Below, piece after piece: positions 28,749 to 38,977 of a DNA stretch of 64,000 nt. The notes below the pieces were generated by a model that was not told the DNA's origin, ran no database searches, and saw nothing but the letters and a program-made list of their open reading frames with translations. The stretch is taken from NCBI GenBank assembly GCA_965205485.1, contig OZ242180.1, forward strand, positions 1,088,001-1,152,000. Reading direction: 5' to 3'. The stretch's first letter is position 1. Every line of letters begins with the position of its first letter. The stretch is from Candidatus Latescibacterota bacterium (GTDB taxonomy: Bacteria; Latescibacterota; UBA2968; GCA-2709665). Both the position numbers and the translations under genes were made by a program.

Positions 28749-29519
28749 TTACCCACGACCTGCGAAGCAGACACCTACGTCTCTCAGAAACTGCTCCGGA
28801 TTGACCCGGCGATACCGTTCCACGCAAGAATGGCCGGTTCGTGATTCATGCTCATCGTCCGACACGGGCAGATGCTCCGCCGACAGACCCTTGAGTTGCG
28901 ACAGCCGCCATACGCTTTGTTTCGCGACCTTTTTCGCGTTCGAATTGCCGCGAATCTCGATATTGGGCTCGCCGGTTCTGTAATAGAAGACCGCTTTGAG
29001 GCGCGTCCGCATGATCTTGAACGCGTATTCGGGCAGCTTGTCTTCACCTTCGCCGGGGACAAACGACTCGGGCCAGAACAGGCGGTTGATATGGAGATCG
29101 AAAGCGCTCTTGAGTGCACCGTACACGCTGCCGTCGGACGGAACCCACTGGGAGTCCGGCCACACGTCCAGGTTGCCCCACGGCCAACCCAGGCGCTCCC
29201 TGTCCAGGCGTAGGCGTCCGCTTCCGGAATTGACCCCTTGCGCCGAAATGTCGAGAATGGCGAAGTGCTGGGGATAGATGAAGAAGTCGTCCGTCCGGGC
29301 GCGCCAGGCGTCGTAAAAGGCCGTGGTCAGAGCCAGAATCGCATGGGAGGTGTAGATGATGCCGTCTTCCAGAAACGGGGAGACGATGCCCGTGCGGTCC
29401 GACTCATGGTAATCGGGACAGAAGGATTCGAAGGGCACGCGCTGAAAACCGTTCCCGTCCCGTTGCCTATATTCGAAATCCCGGGCGGAAAGTACCTGAC
29501 TGGTATGCATTTCGGGCAA
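28749..29519 (-). CDS. Hypothetical protein (start may be ATG 29510)
   Basis: Long ORF within the minus-strand run; TTAFYD...FFIYPQHF...W..LDVWP. Confidence 0.7.
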   Translation of the reverse strand: MPEMHTSQVLSARDFEYRQRDGNGFQRVPFESFCPDYHESDRTGIVSPFLEDGIIYTSHAILALTTAFYDAWRARTDDFFIYPQHFAILDISAQGVNSGSGRLRLDRERLGWPWGNLDVWPDSQWVPSDGSVYGALKSAFDLHINRLFWPESFVPGEGEDKLPEYAFKIMRTRLKAVFYYRTGEPNIEIRGNSNAKKVAKQSVWRLSQLKGLSAEHLPVSDDEHESRTGHSCVERYRRVNPEQFLRDVGVCFAGRG

Positions 29520-29600
29520 CCTTGAGTATTGTGATGAACCGAACCGGCGCGACCTGCCGGCAGGTCTTTCGCACGCGCAGCGGGTCAGTGAGACCTCGGC

Positions 29601-30305
29601 TCATACCTCGCCGGCGGAAACCGCGTTGTCGCGCGCGTCCCGGATCCGGCCCCTCCGCACGACCGACTTCATGGATCGATACATTGCGTAGATGGAGATC
29701 AGCGCCCAGACCAGGGCGATCGGATAGGCCAGGACCGGCGCATCCCAGTGCCGGGCGAGAATGCCGGCGTCGGTGCGTTCGGCATATTGCCAGAGATCCG
29801 TACGGAAGTCGTAGAGGGAATAGAGGCAGAGCATCACGCCGACCCACGTGGCCACCCAGCGCGCAACCCTGGGGAGCAGAACGGCCGAGACCAGAAGAAC
29901 AAAGCCGCTCGCGAGTCCAAACAGGAAATCGATCCCGCCGAAAGGGGTGTAACGTACCGCCATCCCTATCGTGAGACCGCCGACCCCGGCAAGCAGAATC
30001 CGTTGCAGCAGAGGCCAGGAACTGACGTAGATGAAAAAGGCGCCCAGAAACGCGGACCCCACGTAACCCGCGGAGGCAATGATCGGAAATATCCCGCCCC
30101 GGCTCCGCGCGTGGCCGGATTCGTCCCAGTTGATGCGGACTTCAAGGACTTCGCCTCCCGTAACCAGGGTGGCCGCCACGTGGCCCATTTCGTGGATGAG
30201 CACCATGAAGACCCGGAACGGTTTGACGTAGGGCGTGTCCCAGAACGCCAGGGCGACAATGGCGCAGACGATCGCGGGCCAGAATTGTTTGAGGGTATTC
30301 AGCAT
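29601..30305 (-). CDS. M50B-like membrane metallopeptidase
   Basis: HEMGH, ASAGY.G, TDA..LA; TM helices. Confidence 0.85.
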   Translation of the reverse strand: MLNTLKQFWPAIVCAIVALAFWDTPYVKPFRVFMVLIHEMGHVAATLVTGGEVLEVRINWDESGHARSRGGIFPIIASAGYVGSAFLGAFFIYVSSWPLLQRILLAGVGGLTIGMAVRYTPFGGIDFLFGLASGFVLLVSAVLLPRVARWVATWVGVMLCLYSLYDFRTDLWQYAERTDAGILARHWDAPVLAYPIALVWALISIYAMYRSMKSVVRRGRIRDARDNAVSAGEV

Positions 30306-31063
30306 TTCAGCGGGTGGTGCTTGTTGACGATTGCGAGGTCTGTGTTTCCTGATTCCACTTCGATGAACTTGACGAGCAGGGATACCCGGTTCGCTTCGTC
30401 AAGCAGATTCCAGTAAAAATCGCGGTTCGTATCGATACCGTCATGCAGCTCGACGGCATACGGTTCGCCGGAAAATGCCGGCGGGGGATCTCCGTCGTCC
30501 GTGTATGTCGTGATGCAATGGCCGATTCCGGGTATGGCCGTTTCGTAGCTGAAGTACTGTCTGGACGCGGATTCGCCGTTCCCGGCAAGGGCTTTCAGAA
30601 TGCCGATCCTGTAGGCGGCGCCGGAATCGTCCAGGTCCACGATGCCGGCGATACGCGGCGTGAAGATGGGAGGATCGGGTTCGAATGTGCGCGTGTTCAG
30701 GGCCGATTCGAAGGAGCCGCCGCCCCGTATCGCTTCGCAAATGGTGTCCGTATGGTCGCCGTTGGAAACGATGTGACAGGCGTTCAGGACTCGGATCGGA
30801 CGATAGACGACGAGGCTCGGGTTTTCCAGCACGGACTCGTCGAATGCGCGGGTCCTGACCGTCTGTTCGTCGGTGACGAAGACCCGGTTCCGGCTCCCGG
30901 CACTCCTGCCCATGATCCAGTAGACCTGGACGAAGTGCCTGGCGTCGGGCGTCCGGCCGATGACGATGCCCCGTCCCGGATATCGTGAGTTCCGGAGTGC
31001 GTCGAGGTTGGTTTCAACGGCCCCTTCCACTTCGCTGCTCTCCTCCGCAGTCCCATCAGGCAT
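30299..31063 (-). CDS. IMP cyclohydrolase-like protein (PurO/Ntn fold)
   Basis: YPGRGI, YWIMGRS..SRNR, VSNGDHTD, FEPD.P.FTPRI, ITTY. Confidence 0.85.
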   Translation of the reverse strand: MPDGTAEESSEVEGAVETNLDALRNSRYPGRGIVIGRTPDARHFVQVYWIMGRSAGSRNRVFVTDEQTVRTRAFDESVLENPSLVVYRPIRVLNACHIVSNGDHTDTICEAIRGGGSFESALNTRTFEPDPPIFTPRIAGIVDLDDSGAAYRIGILKALAGNGESASRQYFSYETAIPGIGHCITTYTDDGDPPPAFSGEPYAVELHDGIDTNRDFYWNLLDEANRVSLLVKFIEVESGNTDLAIVNKHHPLKC

Positions 31064-31933
31064 CTATTCGACCAGCGCGTCGTAGACGGCTCTTGAAAGC
31101 GCCGCGAGGCTGAGGTCGAAGGTCATCCGCTCACGGCTGGTGACGTGTTTGGCCATGATCGCTATGGTATACGGGCCGGTGGGCGAATAGACGATGCCCG
31201 CGTCTGCGCGCACGCCCAGATAAAAACCCGTTTTGTGGGCAACCGTGGTCCCTACGGGCAGCGCGTACGGGATCACGGTCCTGAGTTGCTGGCGCTTCAG
31301 GATATCCAGCGCCCCCTCCGTGGACTCGGGCGATAGAATTTCGCCGGAATACAGCAGCTCGAGGAGTCTGCACATGTCGCCCGGAGATGAAACGTCGGAC
31401 CGGTCGGGATCATAACCCGCCGCGTCGTGTACGTATTCCTCATTGAACAGCCGTAGGGCGCAGAGGTCATAGGTATGGGCGACATTCTCCGGGTCGAGAC
31501 CGACGACGCTGAAGAGCAGTTGCCTGACCGTCATCGGAATACGGGTCTGATGGAATCCGAGTTCCCGCATCGTGTTGTTGAGATTGTCGCCGCCGATCAG
31601 ATCATAGAGGATATCCGTCGCCGTATTGTCGCTGATGATGATCATCAGCATCGCCAGATCGTGAAGGGTCGGGTTGAGTCCCGCTTCCATTTCCTTGAGG
31701 ACGCCCGAGCCGGGCACGCGAAGGCCGTCGGTGAGCTCGACGCGCCGGTTCAGGTCGATTATGCCGAGGTCCACCTGCCGGTAGAGTTCCACGAGTACGG
31801 GGACCTTCAGCGTACTCGCGGTGAAGAACACGTCGTCCGCGTTGTGTCGAATCTCCCTGCCGGATTTCAAGTGCCGGGCCGACACGCCCACGGTCGCCTC
31901 GATTCCTGATATCGCTGTTTCGATAGACGTCAT
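31064..31933 (-). CDS. Class A beta-lactamase-like serine hydrolase
   Basis: STLK, SDN and KTG motifs; start trimmed to ATG 31933 because the upstream extension is a REP. Confidence 0.85.
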   Translation of the reverse strand: MTSIETAISGIEATVGVSARHLKSGREIRHNADDVFFTASTLKVPVLVELYRQVDLGIIDLNRRVELTDGLRVPGSGVLKEMEAGLNPTLHDLAMLMIIISDNTATDILYDLIGGDNLNNTMRELGFHQTRIPMTVRQLLFSVVGLDPENVAHTYDLCALRLFNEEYVHDAAGYDPDRSDVSSPGDMCRLLELLYSGEILSPESTEGALDILKRQQLRTVIPYALPVGTTVAHKTGFYLGVRADAGIVYSPTGPYTIAIMAKHVTSRERMTFDLSLAALSRAVYDALVE

Positions 31934-31966
31934 TTCGGGTTTCCGAATCCGCGAACATTGAAGAGC

Positions 31967-32068
31967 GGGCGGTTCCCGAACCGCCCCTACGAAATCCAAA
32001 CATCCGTGAATCGATCTTGGGGGGCTACGCGTTGTCGTTGTATTTGTAGGGGCGACCGGCGGGTCGCC
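31967..32068. repeat. Inverted doublet of GTAG-type REPs (REPIN-like)
   Basis: GGGCGGTTCCCGAACCGCCCCTAC (31967-31990) and GTAGGGGCGACCGGCGGGTCGCC (32046-32068). Confidence 0.7.
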
Positions 32069-32128
32069 TATGTAATGGCGCTGACATCGTTGATAGATTC
32101 CGCGTGTCCTTATCTCAAACCGGTTTTG

Positions 32129-32156
32129 GCTGATGGCTGACAGCTGATCGCTGACG
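32129..32156 (+). repeat. GCTGANN heptamer x4
   Basis: GCTGATG GCTGACA GCTGATC GCTGACG. Confidence 0.7.
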
Positions 32157-32218
32157 GCTTATTGTCGTGCGGCCCTCTGCCGCCGTCCGTCTCCCTGCCT
32201 TCGTGCGTTTCGCCGGTT

Positions 32219-34126
32219 TCAGGATATCTCCATGGAAAGCGCCAGCGCTTTCAACTCCCCGTAGAGCCGGGTCTCATACGCCGGCAACTGGCTTTCGCGC
32301 AGGTCAAACCCGAAGGCGCGTTTGCTGAGTACGATGATCGGCGGCGCCTGGACGCGCTTGAAGTAGTTGATCCGCACCTGCCGCGCGATCCACTCCAGGT
32401 CTTCAATCCAGCTGTTTACGTCGGGAAACCACGCGCGGAATTTCTCCCTGTCACTCCACCCGATCTCGTCCAGCAGAATTCCGTTCACGAACCATTGCAG
32501 AAAATCCACCGGGTCTTTCCGGTATTCGATGATCTGGCGAAGCATGGCATCGTGGTAACCGTATTTGATAGGGTCGCCAAGGCCCCGGGTTACGTCCTGG
32601 GCCTCTGATAGTTCCGCGCTGGGCACCGTCTCGCCGCTGATCAGGTTATCCGGAATGACCTCCCTGCCGAACACCTCTTCGTTCAGGAACCGTGCCAGTT
32701 GCAGCACCTGGACCTTATAGAGGTCCGCGATCGGGGCCACGGCACCGTTCACGTCCCCGTAGAGCGTGGCGTAGCCCAGCGCCGTCTCGGTCTTGTTGCC
32801 GTTGTTTGTGAAGACCAGCCCGAATCTGGCGGCCAGTCCGGCCAGAATATCCGCACCACGGATGCGCGCCTGAAGGTTCTCGTCAACAAGGCGGGTATAG
32901 ACGCCCGAGGTGCTGGAAAAGCTCACGCCCTTGATTTTATCGGACAGGTACTCGTACAGGTCCTGGATCGGGCAACTCAGGTAATCCACCTCGAGCGTCC
33001 GGCAGACCTGCCGCGCGTTTTTCTGCGTAATGGACGCGTTGAACCGCGTGGGCATATTCACCGCGAACACCCGCTCAGGCCCGAAGGCCTGAGCGAGCAT
33101 GGATACCACCACGCTCGAGTCGATGCCTCCACTGACGCCAACCAGAAACCGGTTCTCCCTTTCGCGGACGTCGTCCAGATGCCGCAGTCCCGTCAGGATG
33201 GCATCGTAGATCGCCGCGATCTCGTCCTGGGAAGAAGCGGGCGGCTCTCCGCTCCGGCAAAGGACCGTCTGCTCCCGCCAGGGCTGCGCGCGGCGCAGGA
33301 TTTCGCCCTGGGGAGAATAGACCGTCGTATCGCCGTCGAAGACGATGATGTTCTTGCCGTTGTTCTGCGCCCCCACCTGATTGACGTAGAACACCGGGAT
33401 TGGAGAACGCCGGAGGATATCCCTCACGACCCGGTTTCGCTTTACGTTCTTCTGCCAAGTCCAGGGGGACGACGACAGGTTGAACAGCGCCTGCGCCCCC
33501 CGGTCGTGGAAGACGCGCAGCGTATCGAGAATCTCTTCCCTATAGCTGTAGTCCCGGCACCAGATATCTTCGCAGAGTTGCACGCCGAACCGGAACGTCC
33601 GTCCATCCCTCAGGCGGACCTCGAACGGCACGGTCCAGTCGTAGACGGATTTCCCGCGGGCATCGGCCTGTTTGCGAAGTGAGTAGAAATGGCGGTCGTC
33701 ATCGAAGAACCGGTAGTTCGGATGCAGCGTCTTGGGCTGAACGCCCTCGGGAAGCCCTGCCGGGACGTTTTCCCGTGCCACGTAGCCGCCGTTGGCGCAG
33801 ACATGGACGGCATTGTACTTTCGTATCCGGCCGTCTTCGCCGATCTTCGCGCGATCCACCGCCACGTTCCCGAAGAGTACGGTAATGTCATGGCTGGCCT
33901 CGCGGATCGTCTCGCTGTACGCCGCGAAATCCTCGACCAGCGCGTCCACCTCCCACAGGTCGCCCAGAATGTAGCCGGAAATGCAGAGTTCCGAAAAGAC
34001 GATCAGTTCCGCGCCGGCCGCCCTGGCATTGTCGATGTAACGCAGCATGGTCTTGACGTTCAGGTCCGGCCGCGCCGGCTTCACGTCCATCTGGACCAGG
34101 GCGATTTCGGGCAACGCGTCAGTCAT
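32219..34126 (-). CDS. nadE: Glutamine-dependent NAD+ synthetase
   Basis: Nitrilase domain (SELC, KTLHPNY, CEDIW) plus SGGIDS, ENLQARIR, GNKTE..LGYATLYGD, PSAEL. Confidence 0.95.
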   Translation of the reverse strand: MTDALPEIALVQMDVKPARPDLNVKTMLRYIDNARAAGAELIVFSELCISGYILGDLWEVDALVEDFAAYSETIREASHDITVLFGNVAVDRAKIGEDGRIRKYNAVHVCANGGYVARENVPAGLPEGVQPKTLHPNYRFFDDDRHFYSLRKQADARGKSVYDWTVPFEVRLRDGRTFRFGVQLCEDIWCRDYSYREEILDTLRVFHDRGAQALFNLSSSPWTWQKNVKRNRVVRDILRRSPIPVFYVNQVGAQNNGKNIIVFDGDTTVYSPQGEILRRAQPWREQTVLCRSGEPPASSQDEIAAIYDAILTGLRHLDDVRERENRFLVGVSGGIDSSVVVSMLAQAFGPERVFAVNMPTRFNASITQKNARQVCRTLEVDYLSCPIQDLYEYLSDKIKGVSFSSTSGVYTRLVDENLQARIRGADILAGLAARFGLVFTNNGNKTETALGYATLYGDVNGAVAPIADLYKVQVLQLARFLNEEVFGREVIPDNLISGETVPSAELSEAQDVTRGLGDPIKYGYHDAMLRQIIEYRKDPVDFLQWFVNGILLDEIGWSDREKFRAWFPDVNSWIEDLEWIARQVRINYFKRVQAPPIIVLSKRAFGFDLRESQLPAYETRLYGELKALALSMEIS

Positions 34127-34150
34127 GGCTGCCGAGTCACGGATGCAGGA

Positions 34151-35458
34151 TTAGGAGATGCCGAGGGACCGGCTGACGGCGGCGTGGATCCGGTCTTCGG
34201 TTTCGGCCACGTAGGGTCCCGTCCGTTTCCAGTACTGCTGGCTAGCCCACACTTCGTAGCCGCCCTCGGGGATCTGACGCCTGACGGGAACGTAGCCGAC
34301 GATGTCGTTGGTGTACGCCAGGACCATTACATTGTCTACGCGCGGACCCAGTTCCCGTTTCAGCCGCAGGCCGTGCTCCACCGTCATTTCCCCCGCGAGC
34401 GTGACCAGCGCCAGGGCGTTTCCGAAACGCACGGTCTGAATTTCAAAGGGAATATTGGTGACAACCGGCGCGTTGTTTTCGACGCTATCCAGCAAATGCC
34501 GGGCCCAAGCCTGAATGTACCCCTGGTCGGCCTTCAGTCCCGCTCTCACGAGGTCCATGTCGATCGGTTCGGTATTCAGCCCGATAACGTCCTGTCTGAC
34601 GGAAACCGGACCGGTTACCTGATCGAGCCCGCCCGAAGCGAGGACCCGGACCACGGATTCCCCCAGCAGAACGCCGATGTCGCGGATTTCCTGGATGTTT
34701 CTCTGTATGAAACGGTCCTCGGCGGGGTCGACCGGTCGCGTCTTCTGGTCTCCGGCGCAGCCCTGTAGAAAGAAAGCGGTGACGCCGGGGTGCATGGCCT
34801 CCACGTGGTCATACGCGTAACAGACGTAGTCGCCGCCGATGAGCGTGCCGCTCCGGCTCGTGGGATGGCACGCATAGCTGAAAATGACGCTGCGAAGTTC
34901 GCCCTCGGGAGATTCGACGGCCAGCACCGGCACCTCGTGGTCGTGGGGTGCGCCGGGACCGGGTTTCCACTCCACGCCGCCTTGTCCGTCGGATTTACGG
35001 CGGGATACGGCGATATCGCAGTGCCCACGCCCGAACCGAAGGCGGGCCGGCGAACGGGTCTCCCACGCGGTTTTCGCGCAACGGGTGACGCCGTCCAGGA
35101 GTCGCTCGATATAGTCCTCATCAAGGTCGCCGTGGCGATGCCGGTCCATTTCCCGGATGCACGGTCCGCAGTGGGTATGCGATCCGCTCAGGACGATGTT
35201 GGCAGGAACGACACCGGTCAGTGCCGAGATGCGGGACCGGACCTCTTCGGTGTGTTCGTAGAAACCCAGGATTTCAGCGCTTGCGATGATGAGCGGTTCG
35301 TTGCCGTCGTCTATCGCGATGGCGTCGGCTTTCAGAGGATGGTAGACGGCTGTCGAGGGTTCCGTGCGGGCGGCGAACCCGGCCAGATAGATCCCGACCG
35401 GCGGCGTGATGTCTTCACCGCCCACTCCGATGAGGTACGTATCGCTGGGCATCGTCAT
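34151..35458 (-). CDS. Neutral/alkaline ceramidase-like hydrolase
   Basis: DITPP, SHTHCGP, YACHPT, QGCAGD, GYVP...EGGYE. Confidence 0.75.
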   Translation of the reverse strand: MTMPSDTYLIGVGGEDITPPVGIYLAGFAARTEPSTAVYHPLKADAIAIDDGNEPLIIASAEILGFYEHTEEVRSRISALTGVVPANIVLSGSHTHCGPCIREMDRHRHGDLDEDYIERLLDGVTRCAKTAWETRSPARLRFGRGHCDIAVSRRKSDGQGGVEWKPGPGAPHDHEVPVLAVESPEGELRSVIFSYACHPTSRSGTLIGGDYVCYAYDHVEAMHPGVTAFFLQGCAGDQKTRPVDPAEDRFIQRNIQEIRDIGVLLGESVVRVLASGGLDQVTGPVSVRQDVIGLNTEPIDMDLVRAGLKADQGYIQAWARHLLDSVENNAPVVTNIPFEIQTVRFGNALALVTLAGEMTVEHGLRLKRELGPRVDNVMVLAYTNDIVGYVPVRRQIPEGGYEVWASQQYWKRTGPYVAETEDRIHAAVSRSLGIS

Positions 35459-35474
35459 TCAATTTGCTCCCTGT

Positions 35475-36476
35475 CTATAGATGGAATGCCTGTTCTTTGC
35501 GCGCGGACTCTACGATAGCCAGACCCACGCGCAGGGCATTGCGCGCCTCCCGCAGTGTGCCGTGCGCCGGATTTCGACGTCCGATAACGCAGTCCGCGAA
35601 ATGGGTGAGTTCCTGCTCCAGCGCCCCGACGATTCTACCGTGGACTTCAGGCGAGAGATAGAGGTCCGGGCTGGACGTCGCTTCGCCGGTCCAGATCCAG
35701 GCGGCGTCGTTGGGCTCGGAGATGTGGGCCGTCCCGTCCGTGCCCACCACTTCCAGGCCCGCGTCGGACCAGTAGAGCCGCCGGTCCGGCATGAAAAAAC
35801 TCTGTTCGATCACGCCGATGAGACCGCTTTCGAACGTGAGCATGGCCCACCACGCATCAGGGCGACCCGGTTCCGCCATGCTGCGGGTCCTCGCATACAC
35901 TTCCCGGACGTCCTCACCTGCCATCCACAGCAGCTGATCGATGGTATGTATTCCCGGTTGAATCACCAGGGGATAGGGCTTGAAACGCGGCGCGTCCAGG
36001 ATGCCACGCCAGATGTTCCGGCGGCCGTAGATGGAGACGAGTTCTCCCAGTTCACCCGCGTCGATCTTCTGTTTGACATTCGCGCGCCTGACGTCAAAGC
36101 GCTCCAGGAAGCCGACCATGAATACGGCGCCGCTTTCTTCCGCCTCTTCGATAAGCCGATCGTTCTCATCCAGACTGTCGGTCAGCAGGATTTCGCTGAA
36201 AACGTGTTTGCGTAATCGAAGCGCGGCATGCGCGATTTCGGTGTGGCGATCCACTTCGGTCACGATGTCGATTGCATCGACGTCGGGATCCCGAATCAGG
36301 TCGCAATAATCGGTATAGTGCCCGGGTACGTTGTATTCGACGGCAACGCTGCCCGCGCGCTCCGCCGAACGGGAGCAGACCGCGGTGAGTTCGACGTGCG
36401 GCAGTTGAGCGAGGACGCGGGCGTGCTGGACGCCGAAGCGTCCCAGTCCGATGACTCCGATTCTGGCGCGGTTCAT
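35475..36476 (-). CDS. Gfo/Idh/MocA oxidoreductase
   Basis: GVIGLGRFG, GIHTID; the EKP motif reads EIL. Confidence 0.85.
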   Translation of the reverse strand: MNRARIGVIGLGRFGVQHARVLAQLPHVELTAVCSRSAERAGSVAVEYNVPGHYTDYCDLIRDPDVDAIDIVTEVDRHTEIAHAALRLRKHVFSEILLTDSLDENDRLIEEAEESGAVFMVGFLERFDVRRANVKQKIDAGELGELVSIYGRRNIWRGILDAPRFKPYPLVIQPGIHTIDQLLWMAGEDVREVYARTRSMAEPGRPDAWWAMLTFESGLIGVIEQSFFMPDRRLYWSDAGLEVVGTDGTAHISEPNDAAWIWTGEATSSPDLYLSPEVHGRIVGALEQELTHFADCVIGRRNPAHGTLREARNALRVGLAIVESARKEQAFHL

Positions 36477-37474
36477 CTTTCGATTAGTTCGACCACAACC
36501 CTGCCCGTCTGGTTGCCCTGCAGGATGCGCTGGAACTCAGGTTCGAGGGTTTCGAGCGTACGTTCGGTTACCAGGTCGTCCGTTGCATCGGTCTTCCAGG
36601 GGCCGGCGATTTTCTCCCACAGGTACTTCCTTTCCGGCATGGGACATTCGGCGGAGTCGATCCCCTGCAGGCTGACGCCCCGAAGAATGAACGGGTACAC
36701 GCTCGAGTTCAGGTCCGCGGAAGCAACGAGGCCGCAGCACGTGACGAGTCCCCTGCTCCTTGTCGACTTGAGGGCGGTTGCCAGAATATTGCCTCCGACG
36801 GTATCCACAACACCGGCCCAGCGTTCCGCCAGCAGCGGACGCCTTCCGTCATCGTCAACCTCGTTTCGATGCACGACCGCGTTCGCCCCGAGGCCGAGCA
36901 GGAAGCGCTCCCGGTCCGGCTTGCCGGTGGCCGCGACAACGGTGTAGCCCACGCGGGAGAGGACGGCGACCGCCAAGCTGCCGACGCCCCCCGTGGCGCC
37001 GGTGACGAGAATCTCGCCGCTGCCGGGAGCAACGCCGTGGCGTTCCAGCCTTTGGAGCGACATGGCGGCGGTAAATCCGGCCGTGCCGTAGACCATCGAC
37101 TCGCGAAGGGTAAGGCCGTGGGGAAGCGGTACGACCCATCCGGCAGGCACGCGGATGTATTGGCCGTATCCGCCCGGCGTGTTGGCGCCGAGATCGTAGC
37201 TTGTGACGATGACTTCATCGCCAGGGGTAAAACGTCCGTCGGAGCTCTCCTCTACAACGCCTGCCGCGTCTATGCCCGGCGTATGCGGATAGCGCCGGGT
37301 GACGCCCGGGTGTCCGGTGGCCGACAGCGCATCCTTGTAGTTCAGCGAGGAGTAGTGCACCCTGATCAGCACGTCGCCTTCGGGAAGCGTGTCTACGGAC
37401 TTACGCTCTAACCTGCGGACGTAGCCGTCATTCTCCTGGCTCACGACCAGGCATTTGTAGTCACTGTCGGACAT
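36473..37474 (-). CDS. acuI: YhdH/AcuI-family MDR oxidoreductase (acryloyl-CoA reductase-like)
   Basis: SSLNYKDAL, GTAGFTA, VTGATGGVGS, PFILRGVSL.GIDS. Confidence 0.85.
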   Translation of the reverse strand: MSDSDYKCLVVSQENDGYVRRLERKSVDTLPEGDVLIRVHYSSLNYKDALSATGHPGVTRRYPHTPGIDAAGVVEESSDGRFTPGDEVIVTSYDLGANTPGGYGQYIRVPAGWVVPLPHGLTLRESMVYGTAGFTAAMSLQRLERHGVAPGSGEILVTGATGGVGSLAVAVLSRVGYTVVAATGKPDRERFLLGLGANAVVHRNEVDDDGRRPLLAERWAGVVDTVGGNILATALKSTRSRGLVTCCGLVASADLNSSVYPFILRGVSLQGIDSAECPMPERKYLWEKIAGPWKTDATDDLVTERTLETLEPEFQRILQGNQTGRVVVELIER

Positions 37475-37597
37475 CGAAGTTTCCCTGTCCTGTCACGCCG
37501 GTAGCGGGTCCCGGTCGCCGGGGGCGCCTTGCACTTCGGGATCAGCCTCAATTCAACAAAGGAAGACCGTTAGATTGGCCACAAAGAGCCTGAATGC

Positions 37598-37719
37598 GGG
37601 TAGAGGGTAGAGGGAAGACGGTAGAAGAAACCCTTGCCCGATACTTTATTCCTTCTTGCCTACGGCAGGAGAAGAAACTCCACAAGGCAGGAAGTCTCTC
37701 CCGTCTCCCCGCTTCTTTT
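37598..37719. repeat. Purine-rich heptamer run with pyrimidine-rich counterpart
   Basis: GGGTAGA GGGTAGA GGGAAGA CGGTAGA ... TCTCTCCCGTCTCCCCGCTTCTTTT. Confidence 0.45.
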
Positions 37720-37754
37720 ACGAATAAACGTCCCCGAAAAACGACAAATCCTGG

Positions 37755-38888
37755 TTAGAATCGCGTGATCCGATAGGCGTCCAAGCTGATCGGGAGGTCC
37801 CTGCCCTGAATGAGGTCGGCGATGAGCTTGCCGCTGTACGGCCCCAGTTGCAGACCCGTGGGCCCATGCCCGGTTGCCAGCCAGACGTTTTTCCTTCCGG
37901 GAACCGGACCCAGCACGGGCAGGAGATCCTGAGTGTACGGCCGCAGACCGACCCGGATTTCGCGAATCTCCGCCGCGGCCAGCCCGGGCGCCACCCGCAG
38001 CGCCTCGCCGAGCACCTCCCGCACGCCGGCGACGGTAGTACGGGCGTCAAAACCCGATCCGGTCTCCCGCGTGGCGCCCACCACCACCCGGTTGTCCGGC
38101 CAGGGCACCATATAGTGACCGCGAACGGCGCTGACGATTGTCCAGGATGCCGTATCGGCGGCAGGAGGCAATCCCAGATGGACGATCTGACCGCGCTGCG
38201 GCTCCACCGGGATCTGGACCCCCAGCTGAAGGCCGAACGCGTGCGACCACGCGCCGCCTGCGATGACGACGTCGCCGGCCGAAATGGTCTCTCCTTCCGT
38301 GATGACCCCGGTCACCGTATCGTTGGTCATCTCCAATCCATCAACGCCCGTTTCGCTGACGGTGAGCCCGCGGGCTTCCGCGGCGCGGCGAAGCGCGCCC
38401 GTCAACAGCCGGCCGTCGACACGGGCCGCGTTACGGTAGTAAATGGCGCCCTGCACGTCGGCAAGCGCCGGAAACCGGTTGCGGGCTTCTTCGGACGTTA
38501 TCTCGCCTAGGTCCTCCTCGGAGGGCTTCCCCCGGCGATTACGGCGGTCGAAAATGTGCCGGCGGGCGATGTCGAACGGTTCCAGTTCGTCATCGGAAAC
38601 GGCGACGATCATCATGCCGCATACGGCGAAGCCGGTTTCCCCCGGCTGTTCGGCCTCGAGATTCTCGATCAGTCCCGGATAGTATTCGACGGCAAGGGAA
38701 GCCAGACGCTGCCAGGGGTCCGGGTCCCGCGTGTTGGTGGCGGGAGACAGAATGCCCGCACCGGCATCGGTGGCGCGACCCGTGTCCATTCGGTCCACGA
38801 GCAGTGTCCTCGCGCCGGCGTGGACGAGATGCCAGGCGGTGGACATCCCGACGATTCCCCCGCCGATCACGATCGCGTCATAGCTCAT
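37755..38888 (-). CDS. FAD-dependent D-amino acid/glycine oxidase-like oxidoreductase
   Basis: IGGGIVG, AGAGIL, PQRGQ, GLRP, TGHG..GL. Confidence 0.9.
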   Translation of the reverse strand: MSYDAIVIGGGIVGMSTAWHLVHAGARTLLVDRMDTGRATDAGAGILSPATNTRDPDPWQRLASLAVEYYPGLIENLEAEQPGETGFAVCGMMIVAVSDDELEPFDIARRHIFDRRNRRGKPSEEDLGEITSEEARNRFPALADVQGAIYYRNAARVDGRLLTGALRRAAEARGLTVSETGVDGLEMTNDTVTGVITEGETISAGDVVIAGGAWSHAFGLQLGVQIPVEPQRGQIVHLGLPPAADTASWTIVSAVRGHYMVPWPDNRVVVGATRETGSGFDARTTVAGVREVLGEALRVAPGLAAAEIREIRVGLRPYTQDLLPVLGPVPGRKNVWLATGHGPTGLQLGPYSGKLIADLIQGRDLPISLDAYRITRF

Positions 38889-38977
38889 ACTTAACCCGTT
38901 GCCTGTTGGGAATTACCATACGAGATTTCGGAAGAGAACGTGCCGCAAGGCGCCTTTCGGACGATTGGGCGTTTTTT

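Noticed and set aside
31064..31933. Beta-lactam resistance gene
   Set aside because: No signal peptide and no evident Glu166 omega-loop motif; only the fold can be called.
31934..31999. N-terminal extension MDFVGAVREPP (likewise MVPKRGRFDKLS at 53287-53364)
   Set aside because: Translation of intergenic REP repeats; better ATG starts lie downstream.
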